Positions 21,246-22,065 of a stretch of 22,065 nt of DNA are shown piece after piece (the first letter of the stretch is position 1; every line of letters begins with the position of its first letter). This stretch comes from Cladosporium halotolerans (lineage: Eukaryota). Below the pieces are notes generated by a model. The model saw nothing but the letters and a program-made list of their open reading frames with translations. It did no database searches and was not told the DNA's origin. Position numbers and translations under genes: made by a program. The stretch covers positions 62,001-84,065 of the forward strand of contig NW_027191505.1 of NCBI RefSeq assembly GCF_011745625.1, written 5' to 3'.

Positions 21246-21307
21246 GTGAGCTGCCACTCGAATATAGAACACGCCTCAGACCTGATGCCAGATCTAACCA
21301 CTCCTAG
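21246..21307 (+). other. Orphan canonical spliceosomal intron-like sequence outside any recognised gene
   Basis: GTGAGC donor at 21246, CTAAC branch at 21294-21298, TAG acceptor at 21305-21307. Length 62 nt, within the range of the real introns in this window. Confidence 0.4.
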
Positions 21308-21790
21308 ACGACGAGAGAGTTCACTGTTGGAGGTCAGTAACTACAGCCTCCGTCGATCCCACCCAACGTTACCTGCAGGATCAGGGCAGCCGGAGCCGCT
21401 AGCCCACCAGTAGTGGCTCTAATCAAGCTTCTCGTCGTCTTTAGCCTCAACCCCAGTGCGGGGAAAGACATTTTCTCCACGGAATGACGAAGCTTTTTGT
21501 CCGCTACGTCGCCATAGGGGTGATTCCAAATGGCCCATGTTCCTGACGCTAGCCTGGCTCGGTGCTGGTGGTTGTTTACTGTCCAGGATCGCGATGTTTC
21601 CCAGCTTGGAGACCGAGGCTCTTGCTGATCTTCGCCTCGGCTCGTAAGTGGTTTGTGGGCATTGGGCTAGCGAAAGGTAGGAACGAGGTCTCCACTCGAC
21701 AAGGAAACGAGCCTCCTCTGGTTTCACGAACAACTTGTTGCTCAAGGTGACTGGCTGGAGTACATACGCTTGTTGTCTCTAGCATTTGAA

Positions 21791-22065
21791 GCCTAGGTTG
21801 AACGTGCAATCGAAACCGACGCTAGAATAGGCAGCGGCGTTCAAGGCAAACCCTTGTTGTGAAGGGTGATTCGCGAGTCACGAAAGCGGTAGCTTGACGA
21901 CCGCTCTATCTTCTGAGCCCAAGACTGCGTTCTATTATATCATCCTACAAAACCGATTTCCTTTATACCTCGCCAAAAGGCAACGGAGGAGAACACTGAT
22001 CTCCTACTAACCCTAAGGCGGCGCTAACCGTAAAAGGTTACAGAACTTCCGCTTACATCGACTTT
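21791..22065 (+). ncRNA. Candidate 5' portion of telomerase RNA or another structured RNA, truncated by window edge
   Basis: CTAACCCTAA at 22007-22016 lies 1 nt after hairpin AGGAGA/TCTCCT (21987-21992/22000-22005), in a run of short stems. Pseudoknot and CR4/5-like domains are not visible inside the window. Confidence 0.25.

Noticed and set aside
1..22065. CRISPR arrays, tRNA/rRNA genes, transposase or reverse transcriptase ORFs, PKS/NRPS genes
   Set aside because: None seen. There is no repeat-spacer array, no complete cloverleaf around the single GTTCGATTC motif, and no mobile-element or synthase protein motifs.

Overview
This is nuclear DNA from a filamentous ascomycete (Pezizomycotina-like). 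It has short 49-72 nt GT-AG introns, mostly with CTRAY-type branch points, so the ORF track breaks every gene into pieces. I rebuilt eight spliced protein-coding genes and one pseudogene by hand. In order: a secreted S10 serine carboxypeptidase (-, runs off the left edge), a secreted choice-of-anchor B/LVIVD-like protein (+), a PTH11-like membrane protein (-), an APC amino acid/choline/GABA permease (+), a secreted L-amino acid oxidase-like flavoprotein (+), a second PTH11/SAT4-like membrane protein (-), a SAM-dependent O-methyltransferase (+), a frameshifted Gfo/Idh/MocA oxidoreductase pseudogene (-), and a secreted heme-thiolate peroxidase that appears to lack the canonical distal Arg/Glu pair (-). 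The least explained signals are non-coding. (i) A segment of about 720 nt (16713-17434) folds into long nested helices whose mismatches are mostly G-U wobbles on the + strand. It includes a GNRA tetraloop and a T-loop/B-box-like motif and ends at two telomeric repeats. (ii) A hairpin-dense stretch at the right edge places a telomerase-template-like CTAACCCTAA directly behind a stem-loop. Family calls come from remembered motifs, not database searches, and all folds were paired by eye.
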